A stretch of 64,000 nucleotides of DNA, taken from NCBI RefSeq assembly GCF_006345805.1, contig NC_042997.1, positions 44,578,001 to 44,642,000 of the forward strand, in the 5' to 3' direction. Each line of letters starts with the position of its first letter. Position 1 is the first letter of the stretch. The translations under genes and the position numbers were made by a program. A model generated the notes under the pieces. The model was not told the origin of the DNA, searched no databases, and saw only the letters and a list, made by a program, of their open reading frames with translations. This DNA comes from Octopus sinensis (Eukaryota). Shown here in pieces: positions 39,261 through 50,998 of the stretch.

Positions 39261-39523
39261 AACAATATGCTATTAAACTATTGACAAAATCCTGAGTTTA
39301 CTGAGCAGTAGTACTACCTGTCTCTTGTATTCTGCAGAGACCTACACTGTATTGTCAGCATCTAAAAAAATTAACGAGCTCCCAGCTTTGCCAGCTCTGA
39401 TCTAAAACAAACATTTATTGCTGAGACTAGATCTCCTACTAGGAAGTCCTCAGCTTGCAAATATGTCTAGTGATGTGGCTATTCTGAAGGAATTGGAGTT
39501 GTGTACTAGGTAGGGCATGTGAT

Positions 39524-39897
39524 GTGGAGGCGCAATAGCCCAGTGGTTAGGGCAGCGGACTCGCGGTCGTAGGATCGCGGTTTCAATTCCCAGACCGGGC
39601 GTTGTGAGTGTTTATTGAGCGAAAACACCTAAAAGCTCCACGAGCCTCTGACAGGGGATGGTGGTGATCCCTGCTGTACTCTTTCACTACAACTTTCTCT
39701 CACTCTTTCTTCCTGTTTCTGTTGTACCTGTATTTCAAGGGGCCGGCCTTGTCACGCTGAATCTCCTCGAGAACTACGTTAAGGGTGCATGTGTCTGTGG
39801 AGTGCTCAGCCACTTACACGTTAATTTCACGAGCAGGCTGTTCCGTTGATTCGGATCAACCGGAACCCTCATCGTCGTAACCGACGGAATGCTTCCA
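39524..39897 (+). mobile_element. SINE A
   Basis: TSD agggcatgtgat. Confidence 0.9.
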
Positions 39898-40212
39898 AGG
39901 GCATGTGATCCATGTGGATTATACTTGGATAATCCCAAGGCTATGCTCAACAGTGAGCTGAAATGTGGAAACTGTTGAAGATGGTGCTAGAAACTCTTTC
40001 TGTTTCTTAAAGTGTTGGTTTTTGTCAAGCACCTACATTTTGTAAATTCTACATATTGATACGTTAACAGCATAGGTATATAAATAAAACTGACATTTTA
40101 AACATTTGTAGACACATTGCTGTTCTGGATAATTGGCCATTATTGAACATGAATAGAAATTAAATCCACACTAATCATTGAGAAGTCTTACAACTGCATA
40201 TTAGCACATATC

Positions 40213-40775
40213 TTTTATCTTTTACTTGTTCCAGTCATTTGACTGCGGCCATGATGGAGCACCGCCTTCAGTCGAACAAATCGACCCCAGGATTTATTCT
40301 TTGGAAGCCTAGTACTTATTCTATCGGTCTCTTTTGCCGAACTGCTAAGTTACGGGGATGTAAACACCAGCATTGGTTATCAAGCATTGTTTGGGGGACA
40401 AACACAGACACACAAACATATATATATATATGGTTGGCGTTAGGAAGGGCATCCAGCCGTAGAAACACTGCCAGATCTGACTGGGCCTGATGAAGCCTTC
40501 CAGCTTCACAGACCCCAGTTGAACTGTCCAACCCATGCTAGCATGGAAAACGGACGCTAAATGATGATGATAATGATGATATATATATATACATACACAT
40601 ACATATATACGATGGGCTTCTTTCAGTTTCTGTCTACCAAATCCACTCACAAGGCATTGGTTGACCCAAGGCTATAGTAGAAGACACTTATTTGCCCAAG
40701 GTGTCACACAGTGGGAATGAACCCGGAATCTTGTGGTTGGTAAACAAGCTACTTACCGCATAGCCTCTCCTGTGC
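40213..40775 (-). mobile_element. SINE B interrupted by element C in its (TA)n
   Basis: B halves 40213-40431 and ~40581-40775. Confidence 0.8.
40432..40580 (+). mobile_element. Element C, short, inside SINE B microsatellite
   Basis: Begins at ggttggcgttaggaag. Confidence 0.8.
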
Positions 40776-40848
40776 CTATATACATATGTATATGCATATA
40801 TACATACGTATATACATATATATATATATACATATACATATATATATA

Positions 40849-41650
40849 TCATCATCATCATCGTTTAGCGTCCGCTTTCCATGGGTTGGACGGGTCAACT
40901 GGGGTCTGTGAAGCTGGAAGGCTTCGTCAGGCCCAGTCAGATCTGGCAGTGTTTCTACGGCTGGATGCCCTTCCTAACGCCAACCACTCCGCGAGTGTAG
41001 TGGGTGTTTTTTTACGTGCCACCTGCACAGGTGCCAGACAGAGCTGGCAAACGGCCACGAACGGATGGTGCTTTTACGTGTCACCGGCACGGGGCCAGGC
41101 GATGCTGGCAACGGACACGAACGGATGGTGCTTTTACGTGCCACCGACACGGGGCCAGACAGAGCTGGCAACCGGCCACAAACGGACGGTGCTTTTACGT
41201 GTCACCGGCACGGGGCCAGCCGAGGCTGGCAACGGACACGAACGGATGGTGCTTTTACGTGCCACCGACACGGTTGCCAGACAGAGCTGGCGGACGGTGC
41301 TTTTACGTGTGACCGGCACGGGGCCAGGCGAGGCTGGCAACGGACACGAACGGATGGTGCTTTTACGTGCCACCGACACGGGGCCAGACAGAGCTGGCAA
41401 ATGGCCACGAACGGATGGTGCTTTTACGTGCCACCGACACGGGGCCAGACAGAGCAGGCAAACGGCCACGAACGGACAGTGCTTTTACGTGTCACCGGCA
41501 CGGGGCCAGCAGAGGCTGGCAACGAACACGAACGGATGGTGCTTTTACGTGCCACCGACACGGGGCCAGGCAAAGCTGGCAAACGGCCATGAGCGAATGG
41601 TGCTTTTACGTATCACTGGCACGGGTGCCAGACGAGGCTGACAGCGGACC
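40849..41650 (-). mobile_element. Element C with ~11-unit minisatellite
   Basis: Tail at 40849; array 41010-41650. Confidence 0.85.
41010..41650. repeat. 60/61-bp two-variant minisatellite
   Basis: Units start cttttacgtg at 41071, 41131, 41192, 41252, 41300, 41360, 41421, 41482, 41542 and 41603. Confidence 0.95.
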
Positions 41651-41680
41651 AGAATATATATATATATATATATTGCTGTA

Positions 41681-44100
41681 GTTTCAGCTCATAGCTGTGG
41701 CTATTCTGATGCACCATCGTTATGCTACACTGTTTTTACTGAGAGCCTCCTCTAATATGTGGGACTTGATGAAGAATGGAGTTTGATGTAGCTACTCTCA
41801 TTTGCACCTCTTGCTGTGAGGTAGGCTCATATGGGACTCTTAACAGGAAGATGTCTAGCTTTTATTTAGAAACGCCTACATCTACTTTGTGCAGGTTCCT
41901 TAAAAAGCTGTAGGCCCCTGAAACCCAGGCTGTCGCAGTAGCGTGATGTCGTTGCTGGGATCTTTGGTACTATGCAGTGTCGTCCCGTTCTAGCATTGGT
42001 GTAGCCTTCAATACCAAAATTTGGCACAATTCCTTCCAGGATCTTCCAGATATATATTACTGCATGCCTCTGCCGGCTTCTCTCCAGGGAGTAGAGTCTT
42101 AGCTGTTTCAACCTTTCCCAGTAGCTGAGCTGTTGCAAAGAGATGATCTTCTTTGTGAAACTTCTCTGGATTGCTTCAAGGTCCGCTGTTAATTTCACAC
42201 TGGTGGGTGACCATAACTGTGAACAGTATTCCAGGCATCTGAGGACGAATGTCCTCCAGAGGACCATCATGGTTTCTTTATCTTTGGTTCTCATTGTTAA
42301 TAGAATCCATTTAGCCAGTTGTCTGCACTTTGTCGCCATCCTGGTAATTTGCACTTGGAAAGAAGTATCATCACTCATGTCGATACTCAGGCCCCTCACT
42401 GATTTAGGCTCTGGGATTGAAATTCCCTGTGGACCAGTGTACCCTGTAAGTTTCATATTCAGTTTTGGACGCTGGTAGCACAGGGCTTGGAATTTTTCAG
42501 CATTAAACTACATATTATTATCCTTAGTCTATCTGTAAATTCAGTCCAACTCCTGCTGCAGATGTGCAACATCGTTGGGGTTCTGTATTTTCTGCGAGAC
42601 TTTCGTATCGTCTGTATAGCTTGCAAGAGTGGCTATCCGGGCACATGCGGACATATTTGAGAGGGCCACTATAAAAAGCAGTGGTCTCAAGACAGTGCCC
42701 TATGGAACACCATTCACTATTAGTATTTTCATAGAGGCGGCTCCATTAGCCACTACTGCTTGACTTCTATCTTTCAGAAAGTCATGTAACCACTCTCCAA
42801 GTTTTCCAGCTATGCCAAGATCATGGAGTTTGTGGCATATCATACCGTGATCCACCTTGTCAAAGGCTTTTGCAAAATCAAGGTATATTACGTCCACATT
42901 TGAGTTGTTGAGTAACTGCCTCAATACCCAGTCATAATGTTGTCAGAGCTGGGTCAGGTAGCTCTTACCTGGCCGAAAGCCATGCTGGGTATCACTCAGC
43001 AAGTTATTTTTTTCAAGGAATGCAATTAGTTTCCCTCTAACTATCCATTCCATGACTTTGCTGATGTGTGAAGTCAGAGAGATGGGCCTATAGTTTTTGG
43101 CATCTGCTCTGCTTCCCCCTTTATGGATTGGGCATATTATTCCCTCCTTCAGCTTGCTTGGCAGTCTGCCATTTGCAAGAAAGCTCTGGGAGAGAATCTG
43201 GAGGGGTTTTGCCAGGGCATGCTTACATGATTTGAGGAGGATTGCTGGTAAACCATCAGGACCAGCAGTTGAGTTTGTGTCCACTTCATCTATAGCTAGT
43301 AGTACATCTTCGCTAATGTCAATGTATTCCATTGTAACTGCCTTGCTGGTTATAAGTGAGGTGGCAAAGAAGTTCACTGGTTTATTCACTTGTCTGTGTT
43401 CCAACGGGGTGGTAAAAATACTTTTGAACTAGTCATTCAGTACCTCACTGATCCTTGTTGGACTGTCTGTGAGTGAGCCATCCTTTTGGAAGAGAGGTCC
43501 TATCTTGCAGAATACTGAGGCTGTTTCTTTTACATAATGAAAAAAGGCATTTGGGTTTGACTTAATGTTTTTTATAACCCAGGCTTCTTTGTCTGCTTTC
43601 TCCCTCACATAGGATTGTTGCAGCCTTTTTTCAATCTCCATCAGTGTTGTTTTTAGGCGGGACCTTTTGCTACTTTTGGAATGTTGGTTGAGTCAATTTG
43701 CAACCTTTGTCCGTCGTCTCATGAGGATCTTCCTCTCCCTTGGAATCTTGTTCCTATTTGTTTTGGCCTTGTGCTCTGGGACATATTTCTGGCATATGGC
43801 TTGCACAACAGACATGAAACATTCTAGTTTCATGTCATTGTCTGGTGTGGAGAGACATTTCGGCCAGTCCTCTCTGAGGATCTCTTTTTAGATCGATTTC
43901 CAGTCTGCTTTGTGGAAGTTCAGATTGGAGAGATTTCGGGTGCTTCCTTTAGACTGTATGTCTCTGGTTACTTTCGGCCCAAACATAGACAGCTCTATTA
44001 TGTTGTGATCCAAGACTAACGTCAGCGTCACTTTCACATCATGAATGATGTCCATATTGTTCGTGACGCAGAGATCCAGAATGTTATTCGCCCTAGTCAG
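41681..44100 (-). mobile_element. CR1-group LINE, 5'-truncated ORF2 relic (endonuclease tail, RT, 3' end)
   Basis: GPDGLPAILLK, KNYRPISLTS, QHGFRPGKS, YLDFAKAFDKVDH, GVP*GTVL, YTDD, LEYCSQLWSP, YWERLKQLRLYSLERSR; several stops. Confidence 0.9.
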
Positions 44101-44109
44101 TCTGAGTAC

Positions 44110-44148
<39 letters not shown>

Positions 44149-44363
44149 GTGAAATAGAAAATGAATAATCTTGTAGTAGATTAATCAACAGTTTAACCGA
44201 TACCTTAGTAGCAAAAATCACAGCAGTAGTAAACAGCACGGTTGGAGGTACAACCATCTGGCGTTGCAACCGTGCGTTGGGTGGTGCGGATAATTGAAAT
44301 TAAAACATTATTGGTGATTGAAGAAATGGAGCTGAACGCAGATGAACAGGAATCGTTTATTTC

Positions 44364-44444
44364 ATTCACACGTGTTTCGAAAGGCACAAATTACCAAAAT
44401 CCGATTGAATAATGGGACCATATGTGTCTTTCTCTTCGAAGAAG
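44364..44444 (-). ncRNA. Mirror (degenerate) hammerhead copy in PLE2 inverted pLTR
   Basis: Reverse complement reads ttcttc-GAAGA-gaaagacaca...ttgtgcctttc-GAAA-cacgtgt-gaa; small indels in the core relative to the right arm. Confidence 0.55.
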
Positions 44445-46601
44445 AAAAAAAGGAAATTCGTTGGAAAAAAACAAAAACAGAACAGAGGCGGAGAAAAAAC
44501 AAATCGAACTGTGCTCCTAAGAGCCCATGGCGAAACTGTTATCAGTGTATGTTGAGAAACCGTGGCTGAAGAATTCAACGGGTCAGTCATCGGTCAATCA
44601 TGTGGGTGAGGTGTATAGATGTTCTTTGTGACCGAGAATAAAGATCTGACTATTTAAAGAATATTGGATGTTTTATAAGTGGCGAGAAAAAATCTACTTA
44701 GAGACGTGTGTGTGTGTATACTGTTCTATATTTGTGTGTGTTGGCGTAGGGGTAGAAAAACATTTTATGTGTAATGTGTGCGTTTGATCGTTCGGCTGTC
44801 AGTGGCTACTGCCGTGAAACCTTGGGTGGCAGAAGAAAAAATAAAAAAATTATATAATATATTATGTTTTATGTGTGTGTGTTCATCTAGCCTACCTTGT
44901 CAAGGAAAACCCCCGCTGGAAAAAACCAAGCCCCGTTTGTCTTACATGAGTAATCCCCTTGCAGTGGTCAATCGTAGATATCTAAAGGCTATTCAGAATT
45001 TGTTTACAAGGTTTGTAATCCCCTTGGTAAGCAGATTAGAACTAACCTCCCCCTCATGTTTAGACAAGCCATCGCCAATAACTTCCCCAGAAAGAAATTC
45101 AAATATTACTCCACGGTTAACTCACATAAGTTAGGATAGCTTTTCCAACACTAAAAACCTCGCCCAGATAATCGCCTCCATAATAATAGGCTACTTACTA
45201 AGACCCTATCACCTTTTTCGGAGGCAACAGCCTCTTCCGCTCCCGTTTAATGCTCAGTAGGAAATAATATAGTAGTAATAATATATGAGAGCCAGTACAG
45301 TGACACATAATCTCAGCTCCAGCCAGGGAGTACCACTAGGGGTATAGTTATAAATAGGGGTGTTGTGGTTGACGGTAACAATGGGAGTAGGGTAGAGAGC
45401 CCCATTAGCATCACCAGCATCATTTCCCGCATAGCAGTACCACGGGCAGTAGCAATGACAGCACTCTGATAGATAGTGGAGAATCAGGGGTTATTCCTAT
45501 AGTTAATAGTGACGTAGTGGAAAATAGAGTAGTAAGCGGCTGCAGGTCTCGGAACGGATATAGTGACAGGAACGCAGTTCTAATTTCAGAACCAATCCTA
45601 GCAGATTAAGATTCACGTCGGCGAACTCCAAGATCAAAACGCCGTCTACCAATGCAAGGTTTACCCGGACTCAGATGCCTTCAGTTATGTAGGGGCATCA
45701 TCCTCAAGATTGTCTTTGCGTGTCTCCAACCATTACGCAACTTTCGGGCGTGAACAAGCGCCAGACCACGGGGGACTCAGTAAGCTAATATGGCGACTGA
45801 AAGATGCGAACTTAAGCTATGGCTGGAATGGTCAATTTTGTCGGTGGCCCTCCCATTTGATAGGGGCAGAAGACAGTGCAACCTTTGTGTCTCCGAACTC
45901 TTCCATATTTTGTTTGCCAGAGCCGGATGGTAAACGGGCTCTTACAGTCGGCTTTTGATGCCCCCATTGGCGGCGTTACAATTATCTGGCCTTTAAATAG
46001 CGTTTATAAATAATACCGGCACCCATAGCCCTTGGTAACAAATTCTGAAATAGCCTTAAGATATCTACGATTGACCACGCAAGGGGAATTACTCATGTAA
46101 GACAAACGGGGCTTGGTTTTTTCACAGCGGGGGGTTTTTCCTTGACAAGGTAGGCTTAGATGAACACACACACACATAAAACATAATATATATATATAAT
46201 TTTTTTTATTTTTTCTTTGCCACCCAACGGTTATCACGGCAGTAGCCACTGACAGCCGAACGATCAAACGCACACACGTACACATAAAATGTTTTCTACC
46301 CCTACGCCAACACACACATATATAGAACAGTATACACACACCACGTCTCTAAGTAGATTTTTTCTCGCCACTATAAAAAATCCAATATTCTTAAATAGTC
46401 AGATCTCTATTCCGGTCACAAAGAACATCTATACCCCCTCACCCACATGATTGACCGATGAATGACCCGTTGAATTCTTCAGCCACCGGTTCTCAACATA
46501 CAATGATAAACAGTTTCGACATGGGCTTTAGGAGCACAGTTCGATTTGGTTTTTGCTCCGCCTCTGTTCTGTTTTTTGTTTTTCCAACGGATTTCCTTTT
46601 T

Positions 46602-46677
46602 CTCCTGAAGAGAAAGACACAATATGGTCCCATTATTCAACGGATTTTGTAATTTGTGCTTTCGAAACAGTGTAGAA
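46602..46677 (+). ncRNA. Hammerhead ribozyme motif in PLE2 3' pLTR
   Basis: CTGAAGA 46605-46611; stem II gaaagacacaa/ttgtgctttc; GAAA 46664-46667; cagtg-TA; gaa. The mirror arm gives stem III ACACGTGT. Confidence 0.7.
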
Positions 46678-46945
46678 TGAAATAAAACGATTCCGTTCAA
46701 TCGCGTTCAGCTCCATTTCTTCAATTCACCAATAATGTTTTATATTATATATATATATATTTTTTTTTTATTTGTTATAGAATGTGTCTGACATGTTACA
46801 TTCTGAGCAATAACTTATTTACATATTACTGTTTTAAATGTTGGCTTGTGCAAATAAAGAAGCCTTTACATTGTCACTCAACCTGCTAGAAAAAGTAACT
46901 AAATTTCCTTCGAACTTCATCCTATTATTTTAAAACCATGTATAA

Positions 46946-47340
46946 GGTGCAGATGGGTTTGTGTGGTTGAGAAGTTTGCTTCCCAACTACATGGTTTTAG
47001 GTTCATTCCTATTGCGTAGCACCTTGGGCAAGTGTCTTCTAATATAGCCTTGTGAGTGGGATTGGTTGCTAGAAACTGAAAGAAGCTTGTTGTATGTGTG
47101 TCCGTGTCCGTCTGTCCATCCATCTTTGACTTAACATTGCATGGTTGTTTTAAATAAGGTCATTGATTTCCAGTATTCTGCAGAAACATGTCTGGCCATG
47201 GAAAAATATTATCCTGCTTGGAAACGGGTAAGGGTTGGTGACAGGAAGGGCATCTGGCTGCAGAAAATCTGCTTCGATAAACTCTGTCCGACCATGCAAG
47301 CATGGAAAAGTGGATGCCAAAATGATCATGATAATGATGA
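46946..47340 (+). mobile_element. SINE G: B-like head with RTE-type tail
   Basis: B-like 5' half, then ggttggtgacaggaagggcatc...catgcaagcatggaaaagtgga...(GAT)n. Relatives at 4560-4770, 10945-11320, 22929-23297 (-) and 51950-52510. Confidence 0.7.
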
Positions 47341-47419
47341 CTGATACCTTTGTGAACAGACCATGAGATATTGTGCTGGTAATAAATAAATAAATAAAAT
47401 AAACGCCCAGTGTTCCACG

Positions 47420-47600
47420 GAGTGACTACACTCACGGAGTGGTTGGCATTAGGAAGGGCATCCAGCTGTAGAAACATTGCCAGATAAGACCGGAGCCTGG
47501 TGCAGCCTTCTGGCTTCCCAGATCCCCGGTCGAACCGTCCAACCCATGCTAGCATGGAAAGCGAATGTTAAACGATGATGATGATGATGATGATGATGAT
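47420..47600 (+). mobile_element. Element C, short
   Basis: Family motif and tail. Confidence 0.8.
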
Positions 47601-48411
47601 AATAAGGTTAAACAACAAATGCTGGTGTCTTTTCTTGTTTTATTTCAAGTTACTAGGTTTATTTATATTACTTTTTTGAAGGTTGCAATTAGAATCAGAA
47701 ATCAAAAGTGTTACAGTTTGTTAAGACATAAGATATTAAAATATTGATGCTACAACAAATATGAATATTCTGAAAGCCAAATTACTGATTTCTTGTTAAG
47801 AATCTCATAAACTTATTATAAATGTACTGAGATCAATGAAGGGGAACAAATGCATTGTTTCTACAAAAAACATATTTTCTCTTCAAGAAATTATGTATAA
47901 CTAGCTTTGGTTTTTAAGCTGATTGGGAATATTGGCTTAAGCACTTTAGAAATATGGCTTGAAGTACCAAAATATTCGATGGGATTGTGTGTATTTGGAC
48001 CATTCACTGTGTGGGACGATGTTGTTATATAGGTAAGGGTTGTGTTTGGAAGTGAGGAACAAGATCAAATCTGAAGTGTTTGCTATGTCAAAATGATCTA
48101 AGTTCTGATCAAGCAATTTAGGTGTGAGAGAAATCACTCATGGCATTGATGACAGGTATGTAGAAAATGAGATAGTTAATAATTGATAGTGACCAAGGTG
48201 GCAGATAAGCACAAAAACAAAAATTTGAACTGGAGTAGCTACAGTATTGTATAAGTGTTGTCTTTATCAATGATAAACACATTAACTGTTTGTGAATGTT
48301 ATGTTGTGTCTGGGAATGAAGTATTTGTGAATGTGTTTACAGTAAACTTACTAAATAACAAGGGATTTGAGATTGTGAATATTTTCATACATTTATTTCA
48401 TAAATATATGG

Positions 48412-48632
48412 TCACCTTCACCTTGATCACCTTGACCGACCAGTCCGTCAGGCATTCATTTGACACTGCTGGTCACAGCACGCTGTCCACTCCTCTCTGG
48501 ATCGCGCCTTTCTCATCCACGTGATCCCAATTGTCCTCCTGAAATTGTAACTCCACTGTCGTGGAGGACTTCCGGGTGGTCTTTTTCGCTCGTGCGGGTA
48601 CCACTCGACAACTGCGTGCGTCCACCAATTAT
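48412..48632 (-). mobile_element. RTE-1-type LINE 3' end, CpG-rich (young)
   Basis: WTHAVVEWYPHERKRPPGSPPRQW...WMRKARSREEWTACC*, short 3' UTR, (AGGTGA)-like tandem tail. Confidence 0.75.
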
Positions 48633-48879
48633 ATATGTGCTGAGATATCGAAATATATGGTATATAGTAAATAAGAGAAAGGGACAGTGTGAATAATTAC
48701 TACTTTATTTGCTGCTTAAGTATTTTTTCAAGAAATTTGGATAAAACATGCATTTCAAAATAACAACTTTCTCAAAATGAAGAAGAAATAAAGCCGAAAT
48801 GACCGTGAGTATTTGGTAACAAATGCATGTTTATTATATGGTAATAGCATAGTAAAGAAATAAACAAAACATGTTTTAA

Positions 48880-49101
48880 CCCTTTTGTTACCGTATTTCT
48901 GTTGAGATGCTCTGTATTTCTTTCAATTAATTTTAGATATAACAAAGAATTTAGTAAAATAACTTAGTTATCATTAAGCTAGTGTTAGGAACATAGATTG
49001 TGACTAAGGTTTGGTGGAAGATTTTAATTCAAAACTTATGAAAACAAGACATTTGTACTACAGAGCCAGAGCCGGTTTTGGCCGGGTTAGTAACGAAAGG
49101 G
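48880..49101 (+). mobile_element. piggyBac-type MITE E
   Basis: TIRs; TTAA/TTAG flanks. Confidence 0.85.
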
Positions 49102-49585
49102 TTAGAGTTGATAGAACATTTTCAAACAAAAGAAAAAACAACATATTTTCATTAAAAAAAAAAAATTCCCAAAAGCTATTTTAAAATTCTGTTTGATCTG
49201 GAGAAGTCCTTTCTGCAATAATTGTTTTTTTTTTTTAGTAGTTTCCTACTGTCATTTTGCTTGGAGAGTTTTGTGAGGATCCTTGTATGCTTAAGCATTA
49301 TGCAGTTGCATAACTTGTTGCATAGAAGAACTTGGATTCTGTTCAAAATAAGAAAAAGAAATTGTAATCTTCTTGTATCTTGATGATATTCCCTCATTTC
49401 ATCATCTTTTCTATCTTTCCAGGTAGAGGAGCCATGTATCTCCTATGTAGCAAGGCTCATGTTCCTGTCTTTATAATATTTTAGCCTCTTCACAACTGGC
49501 ACAAAACCATCCCCTTCAACACTGCATCTTTGCACAGTTGAAGGCTCTTGTCTTGCAAGTTACTTGGTGGCATCTAGTACATTCT

Positions 49586-49967
49586 GTGGAGGCGCAATGG
49601 CCCAGTGGTTAGGGCAGCGGACTCGCGGTCGTAGGATCGCGGTTTCGATTCCCAGACCGGGCATTGTGAGTGTTTATTGAGCGAAAACACCTAAAGCTTC
49701 ACAAAGTTCCTGCAGGGGGTGGTGGTGAACCCTGCTGTACTCTTTCACCACAACTTTCTCTCACTCTTACTTCCTGTTTCTGTTGTACCTGTATTTCAAA
49801 GGGCCGGCCTTGTCACTCTCTGTGTCATGCTGAATGTCCCCAAGAACTACGTTAAGGGTGCACGTGTCTGTGGAGTGCTCAGCCACTTACACGTTAATTT
49901 CACGAGCAGGCTGTTCCGTTGATCGTATCAGCTGGGACCCTCATCGTCGTAACCGATGGAGTGCTCC
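49586..49967 (+). mobile_element. SINE A nested in an old C-type element
   Basis: TSD tacattctgt. Confidence 0.9.
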
Positions 49968-50594
49968 TACTACTACATTCTGTAAAGTGGTTGGCATAAA
50001 GAAGGACATCCAGCTGTAGAAATCGTGCTAAAGCAGCCATTGTAACTTAATGTAGTCATCAGATCTTGTTGAATCATCCAACCCATGTCAGAATGGAACA
50101 TCGATGTTAAATGATGACTATGAGATGACGACGGTGATTTCATTTCCATCATCTTCTTTGGAACAAATTACTGTCTTGATTTTTCAGGATTAACCCAACT
50201 GTTATTAATCTCCTCATCTGTGGTAGTTTAGGATAATCTCTATATCATTGTTGACTGCGCTCCAACCATTGCTATTATAACGGGTTTCACGCTACACTAT
50301 GAAACTACTGGGTAATGAGTCTTCTGCATTATTCTTTTTGTGCTTCTGCTTAAGAGTAGAACCACCAAAATCCTCTTTATCTTCATCATTGGAAATTAAA
50401 TTGTCAGGCACAAGAATAAGCCAAAAGAGTGTTTATGTAAATGCAAAAGTCCTTTATCCATCCTTACATATTGACCTGAGTAGTAGTTCTTCACTGGGAG
50501 ACATTGTGATCACTGATGTAAATATTAGTGGTTGCTGGAATCTATTTGTGGATTTGTTTATTCACTAACATAATCATTCACTAACATAATCATA

Positions 50595-50998
50595 GGCGCA
50601 GGAGTAGCTGTGTGGTAAGTAGCTTGCTTACCAACCACATGGTTCCGGGTTCAGTCCCACTGCGTGGCATCTTGGGCAGGTGTCTTCTGCTATAGCCCCG
50701 GGTCGATCAATGCCTTGTGAGTGGATTTGGTAGACGGAAACTGAAAGAAGCCTGTCGTATATATGCATATATATATATATGTATATATATATATGCATGT
50801 GTGTGTTTGTGTGTCATTGCTTGACAACCGATGCTAGTGTGTTTACGTTGCCGTCACTTAGCGGTTCGGCAAAAGAAACCGATAGAATAAGTACTGGGCT
50901 TACAAAGAATAAGTCCCGGGGTCGATTTGCCCGACTAAAGGCGGTGCTTCAGCATGGCCGCAGTCAAATGACTGAAACAAGTAAAAGAGTAAAAGAGA
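50595..50998 (+). mobile_element. SINE B
   Basis: Full length. Confidence 0.85.

Larger units (their letters stand above)
44141..46742 (+). mobile_element. Penelope-like element PLE2 (Naiad-type), 5'-truncated, with ~0.7-kb inverted pLTRs
   Basis: Arms ~44303-45011 and ~46031-46742 are reverse complements. The spacer encodes frameshifted NPLGKQIRTNLPLMFRQAIANNFPR...SFSNTKNLAQIIAS...NAVYQCKVYPDSDAFSYVGASSSRLSLRVSNHYATF...LSKLIWRLKD...LEWSILSVALPFDRGRRQCNLCVSELFHILF (RT C-terminus plus GIY-YIG). (TA)n on both flanks. Confidence 0.8.

Noticed and set aside
40733-41641. 302-aa ORF and overlapping ORFs
   Set aside because: Produced by the GC-rich 60/61-bp array and SINE pieces; repetitive translation with no domain.
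41010-41650. CRISPR-like appearance
   Set aside because: No unique spacers, no cas genes, eukaryotic context; the whole unit repeats.
48412-48632. CpG-rich patch as promoter or first exon
   Set aside because: Translates as an RTE ORF C-terminus with a tandem tail.
50150-50570. Acidic minus-strand frame (DNLISNDEDKEDFGG) resembling a piggyBac N-terminus
   Set aside because: Short, stop-interrupted, and no TIRs found.
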